Positions 1-9,049 of a DNA stretch of 64,000 nt are shown in pieces. The notes under the pieces were generated by a model. It had not been told where the DNA came from. It worked only from the letters and a program-made list of their open reading frames with translations, and did not search any database. A program made the position numbers and the translations under genes. Position 1 is the stretch's first letter; every line of letters begins with the position of its first letter. The stretch spans positions 17,913 through 81,912 of the forward strand of contig CANQHF010000002.1 of the NCBI GenBank assembly GCA_947623685.1, read 5' to 3'. This DNA comes from an uncultured Bacilli bacterium. Its GTDB lineage: Bacteria; Bacillota_I; Bacilli_A; RF39; UBA660.

Positions 1-395
1 TTAATTCCTTCTATTTTTCCTATTTCTTTAAAAATAGATACAACATTTTCTTCTTCGGCCTTTATAAGAGCTTCTTTTAAATCTTTCTTATATTTCTTAT
101 CAAGTTCAAGTTGTTTTTGCTCTGCGTCTTTTGGTCCACTATAATTAGGATCTTCGTCTGGATCATATTCGTAATCGCGTTTATTAGGCAAATAGCCTTT
201 AAATGCGGCTACAAACGTATATACTTCTTTTTCACATTTATATATACGAGTAATAAGTAAAGCTATTAACTCTTTTCCTAATTCTTCGTTGTCTTTTTCT
301 TCGTCTCCTGTGTCAATTTCTAAGTTCTTTAATTCGTCCTTAATTTCCATTTTGTCGATAATTTCACTTAACATTATTAAATATTTTGTTTTCAT
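1..395 (-). CDS. Probable tail assembly chaperone. N-terminal part only; the ORF stays open to the window edge.
   Basis: ATG at 395..393 preceded by AGGAGGA. Translation begins MKTKYLIMLSEIIDKMEIKDELKNLEID... with no stop down to position 1. Acidic protein directly downstream of the major tail gene. The call is based on position only. Confidence 0.4.
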   Translation of the reverse strand, partial: MKTKYLIMLSEIIDKMEIKDELKNLEIDTGDEEKDNEELGKELIALLITRIYKCEKEVYTFVAAFKGYLPNKRDYEYDPDEDPNYSGPKDAEQKQLELDKKYKKDLKEALIKAEEENVVSIFKEIGKIEGI

Positions 396-522
396 TATAA
401 TTTTTTCCTCCTAATTTGTAACGAAATATTATTTTATGTATAATCTATTATCTCGATGTAAATATTCTCCCTTTTGTTCGCGCTCAAATAAGTAAACAAA
501 AAGGAGAATAAGATTATAAATC

Positions 523-1080
523 TTAGTCTCCTTTAGTAATAGGGCAAGTGTCACTATCACTAATTTTATAAAGTCTACTACTGTCGTCAATAGTATAATG
601 AGGTATAAATTCAAGATTATGTTCGTTCTCAGCTTTAGACGTAGCTTTATAAGTAAATGCTCCTTCATGTAAACCATAGTTAAATGTAAGGATCTTATAA
701 GTTTTATCTAACATTTGAGTAACAACATCAATAGTCTTGATATACTTATCATTACCAATTACACCGAAGTCGCCTTGAGTGATATTTTTCTTTTCTTCGT
801 CTAACTTAGCGTTAGGTAAAGCATGAATTAAAACCTCTTGACTGCAGCATAATGATACAACTTTAATAGTTGCGTCTTCGCCGTCAATAGTTTGCATACC
901 TGCAGTTTTACCACGACGTCCGTCGAACTCGATGTCTCTAACTTCTGGTGTAATAGTCATTTCAACACCACCACGAGTAGGTCCTAAAATTTGCTCGTTT
1001 TCTTGTCCTAGATTTAAGACAACAACACCTTCGTCAATTTGAATTTTTTTTACATCGTTTTCAGTAAAAAATCTTAACAT
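523..1080 (-). CDS. Major tail protein
   Basis: 185 aa. Sits after the tail-completion genes and before the chaperone-like ORF. Size and composition are typical of siphovirus tail tube proteins. Confidence 0.55.
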   Translation of the reverse strand: MLRFFTENDVKKIQIDEGVVVLNLGQENEQILGPTRGGVEMTITPEVRDIEFDGRRGKTAGMQTIDGEDATIKVVSLCCSQEVLIHALPNAKLDEEKKNITQGDFGVIGNDKYIKTIDVVTQMLDKTYKILTFNYGLHEGAFTYKATSKAENEHNLEFIPHYTIDDSSRLYKISDSDTCPITKGD

Positions 1081-1093
1081 TTGTAAACACCTC

Positions 1094-1456
1094 CTAAAAT
1101 ATTCTTACACTAAATGTTATTTTTCTTCGTATTAGTTCAAATTCTGGATCAGATACATTTTTTTGACTTTCAAAATAAATTACGGCTCTTTGTTCTGGGA
1201 ATAACTTACGATCTAAATTATTTACTAGATCTTGTAGTTTCTTTTCAAGTTCTAAACCTATGTTTGGCTCGGTAGCCCATATATTTATATCAAAATAAAC
1301 AAGAGTACCATATCTTAGACTAGTCATAACAGGAACACTTATTACACCGTAAGGAAATTGTGCTTTTTTCTTAGCACTCTCATAATAAAGATCTATTAGT
1401 TTATTCTCATTAACATATTTTTGTAATGCAATAAAAAAATCGCTATAATTATACAT
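1094..1456 (-). CDS. Tail completion / tail terminator-like protein
   Basis: 120 aa, located between the gp10-like gene and the major tail gene. Call is based on position and size. Confidence 0.4.
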   Translation of the reverse strand: MYNYSDFFIALQKYVNENKLIDLYYESAKKKAQFPYGVISVPVMTSLRYGTLVYFDINIWATEPNIGLELEKKLQDLVNNLDRKLFPEQRAVIYFESQKNVSDPEFELIRRKITFSVRIF

Positions 1457-1976
1457 CTTCGTCTTCCTCGCTTTCTTCTATTTTTCCACCAGCTTCTTCA
1501 ATAGTTTTATTTAACTCGCTTAAATATTCTTCTTGAGCTTCACGTATGGCGTCAATATTATCAAAAACACTATTTCTTAAAGTAGCTTCGCCTCTAACTC
1601 CAGGGTGTTGGACTGATTTACCATAATCAATAACACCGTCCGTAAGAGTCTTCGCCGAATTAACACTAATTATATGAGGGTTTGTACCAAACTCTAACCA
1701 AGAGGGGTTAGCGTGAGATACAGATTTACCTTTTTTCTTAGCTCTACTTTTAGAATAATAACCTAGTTGTAATTCTGGTTGTCCTGTTTGTTTATCAATT
1801 CTAGCCCAATAGCCAATTTGTTTAGCTAAACGACCAGTATATTTTTTTGTTTCTTCTTTTAAAACTTTTCCAGCAACTTTACCACCTGCACGCAACGCTG
1901 ACTTTGAAAGTTTAACCATAGTATCTTTAACTTCTTTTGATGTATCAATAAACTTTGTAGAGCTACTATTCGCCAT
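1449..1976 (-). CDS. HK97 gp10-family head-tail joining / tail component
   Basis: 175 aa. Position in the head-tail module and general gp10-like sequence character (basic N-terminus, acidic tail). Confidence 0.5.
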   Translation of the reverse strand: MANSSSTKFIDTSKEVKDTMVKLSKSALRAGGKVAGKVLKEETKKYTGRLAKQIGYWARIDKQTGQPELQLGYYSKSRAKKKGKSVSHANPSWLEFGTNPHIISVNSAKTLTDGVIDYGKSVQHPGVRGEATLRNSVFDNIDAIREAQEEYLSELNKTIEEAGGKIEESEEDEDV

Positions 1977-2280
1977 GATTATTAGCTAGTCCTGTCAAAG
2001 TTATTTCTGTTATCTCACTATCTACCTCATAAGAACGTAAGATTTTATAAGTAACGTCCTTATATTTAACGTGAGTATGTTTATCTTCGTCAAAGTCCAT
2101 AGTTCTAATTTCAAAACTTTTCTCTGGCTTAAAACCTGCAGCTTGCGCCTGATAAAATTCATTACGTTTAATAGCTATTTTATTAGCATAAACTTTTGTT
2201 TCTTTAAAAAAATAATGAGGTTTGTTTAACTCGTCAAGTGTTTCTATTTCTTCTAGTAAATATAAGACATCACTCCACAT
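1966..2280 (-). CDS. Head closure / head-tail adaptor protein
   Basis: About 105 aa starting at MWSDVLYLLEE. Lies downstream of the connector gene, the typical adaptor position. Confidence 0.5.
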   Translation of the reverse strand: MWSDVLYLLEEIETLDELNKPHYFFKETKVYANKIAIKRNEFYQAQAAGFKPEKSFEIRTMDFDEDKHTHVKYKDVTYKILRSYEVDSEITEITLTGLANNHGE

Positions 2281-2599
2281 TATCAGTCGCCTCACTTATA
2301 TAAAAGTCTGTAAGAGATAATTCTGTTCTTAATGTTTCATAAGAGTTACGGAATTTCTCATAATTTTTATTATCTAACCCAAACTCGGCTTTTAAATAAA
2401 GAAGAACGGCCGAAATAATAAGGCCGTCTTCTTCACTATTAGCCATTTTAGAAGTGATACCGTTTCTTATAAGATCTTGTCGACAAGCCGTTATGAGAGT
2501 TTTAATTTCAGTATTTATAACATCGTCGTCTATGGTTATACGAAGAAAACCACGAGCTTTTTTTAAAAATTCTTTGCTTATAATTGTTTTTTCTTTCAT
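2270..2599 (-). CDS. gp6-like head-tail connector (DNA packaging) protein
   Basis: Likely start is MKEKTIISKEF, preceded by AAGGAGTGA. About 109 aa, first gene after the capsid region. Confidence 0.5.
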   Translation of the reverse strand: MKEKTIISKEFLKKARGFLRITIDDDVINTEIKTLITACRQDLIRNGITSKMANSEEDGLIISAVLLYLKAEFGLDNKNYEKFRNSYETLRTELSLTDFYISEATDNVE

Positions 2600-2619
2600 A
2601 ATATCACTCCTTATTTTCA

Positions 2620-2988
2620 TTATTCAGAGACTAGTTCTAACCCTGTCAAATCTAATTTCTTTGTAGTTTTACCATTTGTAAATGTTATTGTTTGAGTATT
2701 TGAGTGTAAGTTTACTACCAAGATACCATCTTTGTCTAAAGTACCAGAGCCTTTAGACTTTGCGTCAGATAAATCATAAGTTACAGTATCTCCTGTTGTT
2801 GCTTCATTAACTTTAATAGCTAAAAAGTTTCCTTTAGCATTTTTACTAAATTTAGGGAAACTAGCAACATACTTTGATTTTCCTATTACTTTGTTACCTT
2901 CAATTTGGGCTTCTTGTAGTTCACTTATTTGTGTACCTAAAACTTCGCCCTCGGGTAAACTTACTGTTACCGCTTTTAAGGGCTCGCT
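2620..2988 (-). CDS. 122-codon start-less ORF in the +1 frame relative to the major capsid gene. Candidate frameshift-appended C-terminal (Ig-like/decoration?) domain.
   Basis: Hand translation from codon AGC (2988..2986): SEPLKAVTVSLPEGEVLGTQISELQEAQIEGNKVIGKSKYVASFPKFSKNAKGNFLAIKVNEATTGDTVTYDLSDAKSKGSGTLDKDGILVVNLHSNTQTITFTNGKTTKKLDLTGLELVSE*. There is no in-frame ATG or GTG, and the only in-frame TTG lies near the 3' end (too short an ORF). Without this ORF the module would have a 367-nt gap. Confidence 0.6.
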   Translation of the reverse strand, partial: SEPLKAVTVSLPEGEVLGTQISELQEAQIEGNKVIGKSKYVASFPKFSKNAKGNFLAIKVNEATTGDTVTYDLSDAKSKGSGTLDKDGILVVNLHSNTQTITFTNGKTTKKLDLTGLELVSE

Positions 2989-4147
2989 AGGGTGTAACTA
3001 AGTCAGTAATTTCAAGAACGGCAAATGCTTTAGTATCCATAACATGACCGTCGCCAAATGCTAAAGCTCTATGTATGATTAAACCTTGGCTAAATTTTTC
3101 ATGTTCTGAGCTAGCAATTTGTGGAGCCATATTATAGTTATACCAATATCTCTTACCATAACCAAATAAGATTTTACCTTTTGGTGCAGCGTCAGAGATA
3201 ATAACAGGTTTCTTTAATAACATCTCAGTTGTGTCATTATAAATAGGGTGTCCGTCTTCTCCTACCATACCTTCAATATAAGTGTGGAAAGTTTCAGTAT
3301 TGATAACATAGCTTGCACGTTTACCATAAGCACGACGAATTTTTCCTTTTAAGTCAGCAAGATTTTTATGTCCTAAACTAGCAGCTTCAGGAACAGTTAC
3401 TTTTTGATCTCCATAATCTTTAGTAAATAAACCTTCTGCTTCATCATTAGTTCCTTTTCCGTTCATAACTTGATCTTCAAGTTCTAAAGCTAAAGCAAGA
3501 GCTAATTCTGATACAACGATTTCTTTAAATTCTTCAATACTTTCAGCAGATAAACCAACGCCTAACTCAATTTTTGCGCTTGTTCTCTTAGATCCAAATG
3601 TAATTTCTCCAGTAGTACCACCGTTAGCTTTAATATCGTCGCCGTCTTTATCTTTATTAGCTCCGATAGAAGTTAAGTTACCAACACGTAAAGTTCCTTT
3701 TACGTTTTTGATATTGATAAAACTCATAACATCTGATACTTCGCGCATTTCAGTTATAATTTCACTGTCTAATTCTTCCGGTACAACAGCTTGTCCGTTT
3801 TCTAACGTAACACCTCTTGTTTCTCTACCACCAGACATCATGTATTTTAAAAATGATCTTACTTCTTTTGACATACTAGATTTCTTTTCTTCTGTATTCA
3901 CTTTTACATCTCCTCCTTCATCTTCTACGTCTGTTCCTGGTGCTGCTTCTTCGCTTTCTGGAGCAATTTCTCCAGTTTCTAAGCTACGAGCAATTTTCAC
4001 TCTTTCTTCAAGTTGGTTTTGTTCTTTATTTAAACTGTCTAATTCTTTGTTAATTTCTTCTAAATTAACATCTTTTTCTGTGTCATTTAATAGTGATCTA
4101 ATTTCAGCTTTTCTAGCTTTAATTTCATTTAATCTTTTTTCGTTCAT
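2987..4147 (-). CDS. Major capsid protein, HK97 family
   Basis: 386 aa. N-terminal coiled-coil delta-like region (KARKAEIRSLL...NQLEERVK). Follows the prohead protease in the canonical HK97 order. Confidence 0.85.
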   Translation of the reverse strand: MNEKRLNEIKARKAEIRSLLNDTEKDVNLEEINKELDSLNKEQNQLEERVKIARSLETGEIAPESEEAAPGTDVEDEGGDVKVNTEEKKSSMSKEVRSFLKYMMSGGRETRGVTLENGQAVVPEELDSEIITEMREVSDVMSFINIKNVKGTLRVGNLTSIGANKDKDGDDIKANGGTTGEITFGSKRTSAKIELGVGLSAESIEEFKEIVVSELALALALELEDQVMNGKGTNDEAEGLFTKDYGDQKVTVPEAASLGHKNLADLKGKIRRAYGKRASYVINTETFHTYIEGMVGEDGHPIYNDTTEMLLKKPVIISDAAPKGKILFGYGKRYWYNYNMAPQIASSEHEKFSQGLIIHRALAFGDGHVMDTKAFAVLEITDLVTP

Positions 4148-4193
4148 TTTCTATAACCTCCATATCTTCGAAAAAATCTTTTGATTATGATTT

Positions 4194-4814
4194 TTAAATT
4201 TTTGTTTTTGCTATACATATATCTCTAAGTCTAGCTTGCTCCAAAGCTCTTTTTTCTTTTTCGTACTCCACCTCAAAGAAAGACCTAGCCGAAATACTTG
4301 TCGTATCATAGGCTGGTATATCAACCGCTGATACGTCGTATAGCTTCTTAATGCGCTTTATCGTTCTAGTGTGAGTAGCTGCGTCATATTCGTCGCCGTC
4401 TACATCTACAACAAACGCAAAGCTCATTTTATCTATGTAGCCACCTCTTATATCTTCTAAAAGGTTTCTACCATATTCAGTACCCCCAAGATATGCGTTC
4501 ATTTCCATACAGACGTCATTAAGCGATAATTTTAAAGTGTTATTTCTAATTCTAGCAGCAACACGTCCGCCGTGATTATAATTAAAAATGACATCTGACA
4601 TATCGCAATTATCGAAAGCATGTCGATCTATTTGTTCATAGAACTTAACACCTTCATATTCCCAAAGACAGGTAGGTGTATTAAAGACTACAGGTACACC
4701 ATGCACATAGTCTTGATTTTCTCCGTCTTCGCTTCTTTGTTCTTTTAATTCAAAAGAAGAAAAAACTCGAATTTCACGTCCTGTCTTATTTATTAGATTT
4801 TGTTTCTTTGTCAT
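4194..4814 (-). CDS. Prohead maturation protease, HK97 family
   Basis: 206 aa between portal and capsid. Has the NYNHGG region typical of HK97-type (S78) proteases. Confidence 0.75.
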   Translation of the reverse strand: MTKKQNLINKTGREIRVFSSFELKEQRSEDGENQDYVHGVPVVFNTPTCLWEYEGVKFYEQIDRHAFDNCDMSDVIFNYNHGGRVAARIRNNTLKLSLNDVCMEMNAYLGGTEYGRNLLEDIRGGYIDKMSFAFVVDVDGDEYDAATHTRTIKRIKKLYDVSAVDIPAYDTTSISARSFFEVEYEKEKRALEQARLRDICIAKTKI

Positions 4815-4974
4815 TTTTTAATTTAGCCTCCTTCCCATTAGGTAATATAAATATAGTATCTGGCTCTTTTTCTTTCATTTTTCGTAAGAGCTCAAAACTA
4901 ATAAAATTATTTAGTCTAACAACTTTTTGTTTTTGAGTATCTTGATTATTATTTTCATTATTGTTGGCTGCCAT
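4786..4974 (-). CDS. Small hypothetical head-module protein (62 aa)
   Basis: Internal ATG (MAANNNENNNQD...) preceded by GAAGGAGGTG. The longer 113-aa version in the ORF track overlaps the portal gene and is unlikely. Confidence 0.35.
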   Translation of the reverse strand: MAANNNENNNQDTQKQKVVRLNNFISFELLRKMKEKEPDTIFILPNGKEAKLKNDKETKSNK

Positions 4975-6274
4975 TATCAACACCTCCTTCTGCGTCGCCA
5001 CTATTATTTTCTTCTGTTGATTTTTCTTCTTGTGGATCCTGGTCTTCTGGTGGTGTTTCCTTTGGTGGTGTTGGATCTGGTGGAGTATCATTATGCTTAG
5101 ACTGATATTCGTCCGCCTTATCTGCATTGATCCAGTTAAGGGACTGTAATATCTTTTGACCTTCGCCGTTTGGTAAGGGTGCCATATTAAATATTTCTCT
5201 AATATCGTCTTTCATTAAAACGGCCATAGGAGATAATTCTTTTACAACTGTAACTTTAGTAGAAGTTGACGCATACTGTAATCTATTTGCTTCAAAAACA
5301 ATTTCGTTACCAAAGTTACGTTCATTATCAGTAAATAAAATATTAGTAAAGCATTGAGACATTTGTATTGCCACTGGCTCAATAGCACCTTCGTAAAAGG
5401 CCGACCACTCGTCCTCTTTAAATTTGTTTTGTACTATAGCTTCATTAACTCCAAAATAATCATAAATTGCGTTTTTAGTATAATTTAATTGGTCTGCTGA
5501 TATACTAGCGGACTTTTCGTTAATAGGTGTATAGTTCAATTTAGTATCAGTAACTATAACACCGCTTCCGTTTGATGTTATTTTAAAGTTATTTTCTACG
5601 AATTTATCTCTTATCTTTGCTAAATCTTCGTCTTTTGTAGATACACTAGCCGATAAAATACCACGTATACTATTTATTAACTTAGCTGAGTTAGATACAC
5701 CCTGATTTATTGCGTCAGCAGTATCTAGCGCTGGCTTTAATGCAGTATTTTTACTACCGAATATATCATGATTGAAGAATTGACCTCTCATGTGTATAAT
5801 TTCTTCGTATGATACGACTTTTTTCTTTCCAGTTCTAAATAAAAACTTTAAATATAATTGTCCGTTTTTTTCCAATAAGTCTATTTGTGTAGACATTAAC
5901 GGCCATAATGAGAGTCTACCGTCTTTATATTCTGGGTAAATAAAAGCATTATTAGTAAGTTTTAAATTAGCTGCTATTTTATAATAAAAGCTATACGCTT
6001 CCATTAAAGGGTTAGGTCTATAATTTAATATCTTCTCGTATGGAGATTTACCAGTTGTTCCTGGCTTAACGTGTCTAGCTTTTAATTTAGCAAAGTTTCT
6101 ACAATAAGCGTCTACTGCGCTTCGGACAACGTCCATGTCCCAGATATTACCTGTGTTAGTATAGAAAGTAGAGCTAAAAGAATTTAGCAAACTATACATA
6201 TTAAAATCGGTAACATCTTCTATCGGTTTATCTTTTCCACCGAATATAGTTTTAAATAAGCCTCTATGTTTCAT
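4958..6274 (-). CDS. Portal protein, HK97 family
   Basis: About 438 aa starting at MKHRGLFKTIF, immediately after TerL. Pro/Glu-rich C-terminal tail. Confidence 0.85.
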   Translation of the reverse strand: MKHRGLFKTIFGGKDKPIEDVTDFNMYSLLNSFSSTFYTNTGNIWDMDVVRSAVDAYCRNFAKLKARHVKPGTTGKSPYEKILNYRPNPLMEAYSFYYKIAANLKLTNNAFIYPEYKDGRLSLWPLMSTQIDLLEKNGQLYLKFLFRTGKKKVVSYEEIIHMRGQFFNHDIFGSKNTALKPALDTADAINQGVSNSAKLINSIRGILSASVSTKDEDLAKIRDKFVENNFKITSNGSGVIVTDTKLNYTPINEKSASISADQLNYTKNAIYDYFGVNEAIVQNKFKEDEWSAFYEGAIEPVAIQMSQCFTNILFTDNERNFGNEIVFEANRLQYASTSTKVTVVKELSPMAVLMKDDIREIFNMAPLPNGEGQKILQSLNWINADKADEYQSKHNDTPPDPTPPKETPPEDQDPQEEKSTEENNSGDAEGGVDNGSQQ

Positions 6275-6278
6275 TAGA

Positions 6279-7928
6279 TCACCCCACATTATACATAAAA
6301 TCTTCATAATACTTAACGTACAAAACCCAAGCATTTAATAAAGACACAGCTCCGTCAATTCGACGATTTTCATTTATTTTTACTGGTTGAATATTATTTA
6401 TTCCGCTTTTTTTAACTGCAGTGTTGGAAAGACACCATTTTAAAATAGGGTTGTTATTATAATTAACTTTCTTGTCAGCTAACGCTGCGCCCATTTCACG
6501 CATAGGCTGACTCCATGTAAACGGTCCCTGAGCGACGGCTTCCATTTGAAAGCTATTTGATTTCATTTCGTCCACCCAATAACCAGCTAAAGCACGGTCG
6601 TAACCTATGTAAATAGGATCTATTTTATACTCTTGCTGCATTTCAACAAACCACTCAGTAACTTGAGAATAATTAACACGATTTCCAGTGCATACTGTAA
6701 GTAACCCTCTATCTCGCCATATTTTGTATGGTGCTTCTTGAGTATTTTTCTCGTCTAATTTATCAAGTTTAGCTTGCGGTAGAAAATAATGTTGTAAAAC
6801 ATAAATTTTCTCGTCTTCACTAGATTTACGAATAAGTAAAGTAGCACAAGTTAAATCTGTCGTGGCTGATAAATCGCAGCCTCCTATTGCGTAAGTGTTT
6901 TCAACGTCTTTCATATCGAAAGTCTCTGTGTTGTTAATCTCTTGAAAGCTTAACCAAGCGTTGCTATCGTTTTCACGAATATTAAAATCTTTACACAATA
7001 AACCTGGTAATTTTTTAGGATCATTTTTAGCACGTTCAACCTCAATAGAAAGATTATTGTAATTTTTAATTGTACCTAAACCTGGGTTAGCTTTAGGCCA
7101 ACAAGTAGGATCGGTCCACTCGTCGCGATTATCTAACTCGTAAAGAATAGGTAAAAAATGATCGTCCTTAATTTCTTCGTCAGCAACTCTACAAGCATAA
7201 TCGTACATATCGTCATAGATACACTCTCTAACTGTACCAGCAGTAGTAATCATAACTAATAACGGTTGACGACGTGATGTCATAGACTGCTTCATAACTT
7301 CATACAAGTTGCGGTCTTTAATAGCGTGTAGCTCGTCAATAATAACGGCGTGGCTATTAAGTCCGTCTAGTGTATTGGAGTCAGAAGCTAAAGCCTCGAA
7401 TATAGAAGACGTAGCATTGAAATATAAATCGTTACGTCTCTTTTTAAGAACTGATCTAAGTTCTGGACTCTGTTTTACCATGTTGCAAGCTTCGGTTAAT
7501 ACCTTTTTAGCTTGATCTTTTTTAGTAGCTACCGAGTAGACTTCTGCTGCACCTTCATAATCAGCCATAAGTAAATACAGTGCTATAGGAGATAACAGAG
7601 TAGTCTTACCATTTTTACGACCAACGAGAAACATAGTCTCGTTAAATCTACGATAGCCAGTCTTTTTATCTAAAAAACCGAATAGAGCTTGTACGTATGC
7701 TTTTTGGAATAGTTCAAGTTTAAGATCTGCTCCTAATTCTCCCTGAGACTGTTTACAAAAAGTTTCCGTAAATTCTATCGGTCTATTAGCTGAGTTTTCG
7801 TCAAAATAAAAGGGCGAGTTTTCATCGTCCATTTCTTTAACAAGTCGAGCATAAACTGATTTAACTCTACGACTGGTTATTATTTCGCCAGACTGTATCT
7901 TGTCGTTATACTCTCGAATATAATTCAT
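6279..7928 (-). CDS. terL: Terminase large subunit
   Basis: 549 aa. Walker A motif VGRKNGKTT, plus a C-terminal nuclease-like half. Sits between TerS and the portal. Confidence 0.9.
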   Translation of the reverse strand: MNYIREYNDKIQSGEIITSRRVKSVYARLVKEMDDENSPFYFDENSANRPIEFTETFCKQSQGELGADLKLELFQKAYVQALFGFLDKKTGYRRFNETMFLVGRKNGKTTLLSPIALYLLMADYEGAAEVYSVATKKDQAKKVLTEACNMVKQSPELRSVLKKRRNDLYFNATSSIFEALASDSNTLDGLNSHAVIIDELHAIKDRNLYEVMKQSMTSRRQPLLVMITTAGTVRECIYDDMYDYACRVADEEIKDDHFLPILYELDNRDEWTDPTCWPKANPGLGTIKNYNNLSIEVERAKNDPKKLPGLLCKDFNIRENDSNAWLSFQEINNTETFDMKDVENTYAIGGCDLSATTDLTCATLLIRKSSEDEKIYVLQHYFLPQAKLDKLDEKNTQEAPYKIWRDRGLLTVCTGNRVNYSQVTEWFVEMQQEYKIDPIYIGYDRALAGYWVDEMKSNSFQMEAVAQGPFTWSQPMREMGAALADKKVNYNNNPILKWCLSNTAVKKSGINNIQPVKINENRRIDGAVSLLNAWVLYVKYYEDFMYNVG

Positions 7929-7931
7929 AGA

Positions 7932-8318
7932 TTATTTTCCTTTAGGTTTAGTAACAAAATTCATAAGAGCGTTTCCTTCTTTTGTTCCAGGTAAACCGTC
8001 TGGCAATAATTCGATAAGTTGCTTTATTATTGACGTATAATTTTTAATCATGGTGTTATATGCGCTAGCTTCTGTAGACATTTTTGTTCCGTACTGATCT
8101 TTTCCGTTTTGGTATTCTTCCGACACACCATAAACGGAGATATGATCTTCCAGCTCTTTCAGTTCTACGGCCATAAAAGCTGCACTTTCGATAAGTTTTT
8201 CTACCAAATTCTTTTTATCTTTTGGAATATTTTTGAATATTTTTTTAAGTTTTTTTAACTCCTTCGAAATCAAATCAGCTTTTTTTAATTCTTTAGAATT
8301 AACATCATTTTCTTCCAT
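7932..8318 (-). CDS. terS: Terminase small subunit (P27-like)
   Basis: 128 aa directly upstream of TerL, with size and character of P27-family small terminases. Confidence 0.65.
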   Translation of the reverse strand: MEENDVNSKELKKADLISKELKKLKKIFKNIPKDKKNLVEKLIESAAFMAVELKELEDHISVYGVSEEYQNGKDQYGTKMSTEASAYNTMIKNYTSIIKQLIELLPDGLPGTKEGNALMNFVTKPKGK

Positions 8319-8335
8319 ATTTCCACCACCTTTGA

Positions 8336-8426
8336 CTACACCCCCCTTATGCGACCGAAGCGGTCCGAAAAAGGACTCAAGCGCGGTTCATTAAGAGGCA
8401 CCCCTAGTTTAAGATAGGGGGGTGTC
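8336..8426. other. Putative cos / packaging-recognition region
   Basis: A conspicuous GC-rich island (gcgaccgaagcggtccg...gcgcggttc...ggcacccc) in AT-rich DNA. It is bracketed by a 9-bp inverted repeat, acacccccc (8338..8346) and ggggggtgt (8417..8425), and lies between the HNH gene and terS. Confidence 0.5.
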
Positions 8427-8603
8427 TTTGATTTCAATTAGAACAGCATTGATTGGGTTAATAAAAATTGAGCTACCTTCTTTCGTGTTAAGAAAGATAG
8501 GACCTTCGTCTAAGGCTTTAGCTAGTTCTTCTTTACTACCACTATAGGCAACATTATAACTGACTACAAGATAGTTAGTATAGATAGTTACTGTCATTAT
8601 CAA
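8409..8603 (-). CDS. Hypothetical small protein
   Basis: 64-aa ORF overlapping the HNH stop. Its 3' end overlaps the right arm of the inverted repeat. Confidence 0.35.
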   Translation of the reverse strand: MIMTVTIYTNYLVVSYNVAYSGSKEELAKALDEGPIFLNTKEGSSIFINPINAVLIEIKDTPLS

Positions 8604-8904
8604 CGCTCCTCTCTACTAGGTTTCCTTCCTCGTCAAACATAAGGCTCTTATCTGTTGGCAGTTCTGACTCATGCTCTATAGCATGGCATACTCTACATAA
8701 CAACTCTAGATTGTCCTCGCCCAACGTAATAGCTGGGTTAGAAATATTAGAAGGTGTTAGGTATGTTTTGTGATGTACTATCTCTCCAGGACCATACTCT
8801 CCATGACAACGCTCACAGACACCGTGTTGTTTATTGAATATATAAGCACGTGTCTTACGCCATGCAGTAGAGCGATAAAACTCTTTAGCAAAGTCTTTAG
8901 CCAT
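8575..8904 (-). CDS. HNH endonuclease (packaging-associated)
   Basis: Motifs CERCHG...IVHHK...LLCRVCHAIEH. Start at MAKDFAKEFY after GGGGTGG. Position upstream of terS is typical of HNH-dependent cos phages. Confidence 0.8.
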   Translation of the reverse strand: MAKDFAKEFYRSTAWRKTRAYIFNKQHGVCERCHGEYGPGEIVHHKTYLTPSNISNPAITLGEDNLELLCRVCHAIEHESELPTDKSLMFDEEGNLVERSVDNDSNYLY

Positions 8905-9049
8905 AATACCACCCCACAAAATAAGCACTAAAAAACACGTCTTTATGATAGACGCGTTTTGCACTTTCTAATAATTTCATTATACCAATTATAATTGTTT
9001 AAAGTTGCTATGTCAACAACACCATAATTGCGTGGGTTATTGCATTTTA

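Noticed and set aside
429-677. 82-aa minus-strand ORF overlapping the 3' end of the major tail gene
   Set aside because: It overlaps a better-supported gene in another frame. Its low-complexity hydrophobic translation is typical of AT-rich out-of-frame ORFs.
3708-4184. 158-aa plus-strand ORF antisense to the capsid gene. Similar antisense ORFs are at 2454..2666, 7309..7515, 9204..9419, 13935..14171, 14684..14866, 27832..28083, 33281..33478, 34030..34266, 38771..39397, 45252..45473 and 50776..51042.
   Set aside because: All lie fully inside strongly supported genes on the opposite strand. Their Ser/Leu/Phe-rich low-complexity translations mark them as shadow ORFs.
4975-5127. N-terminal 51 codons of the listed 113-aa ORF (4786..5127), rich in H/Q/K
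   Set aside because: This part overlaps the portal C-terminus in another frame. A strong RBS precedes the internal ATG at 4974, so only the short form is plausible.
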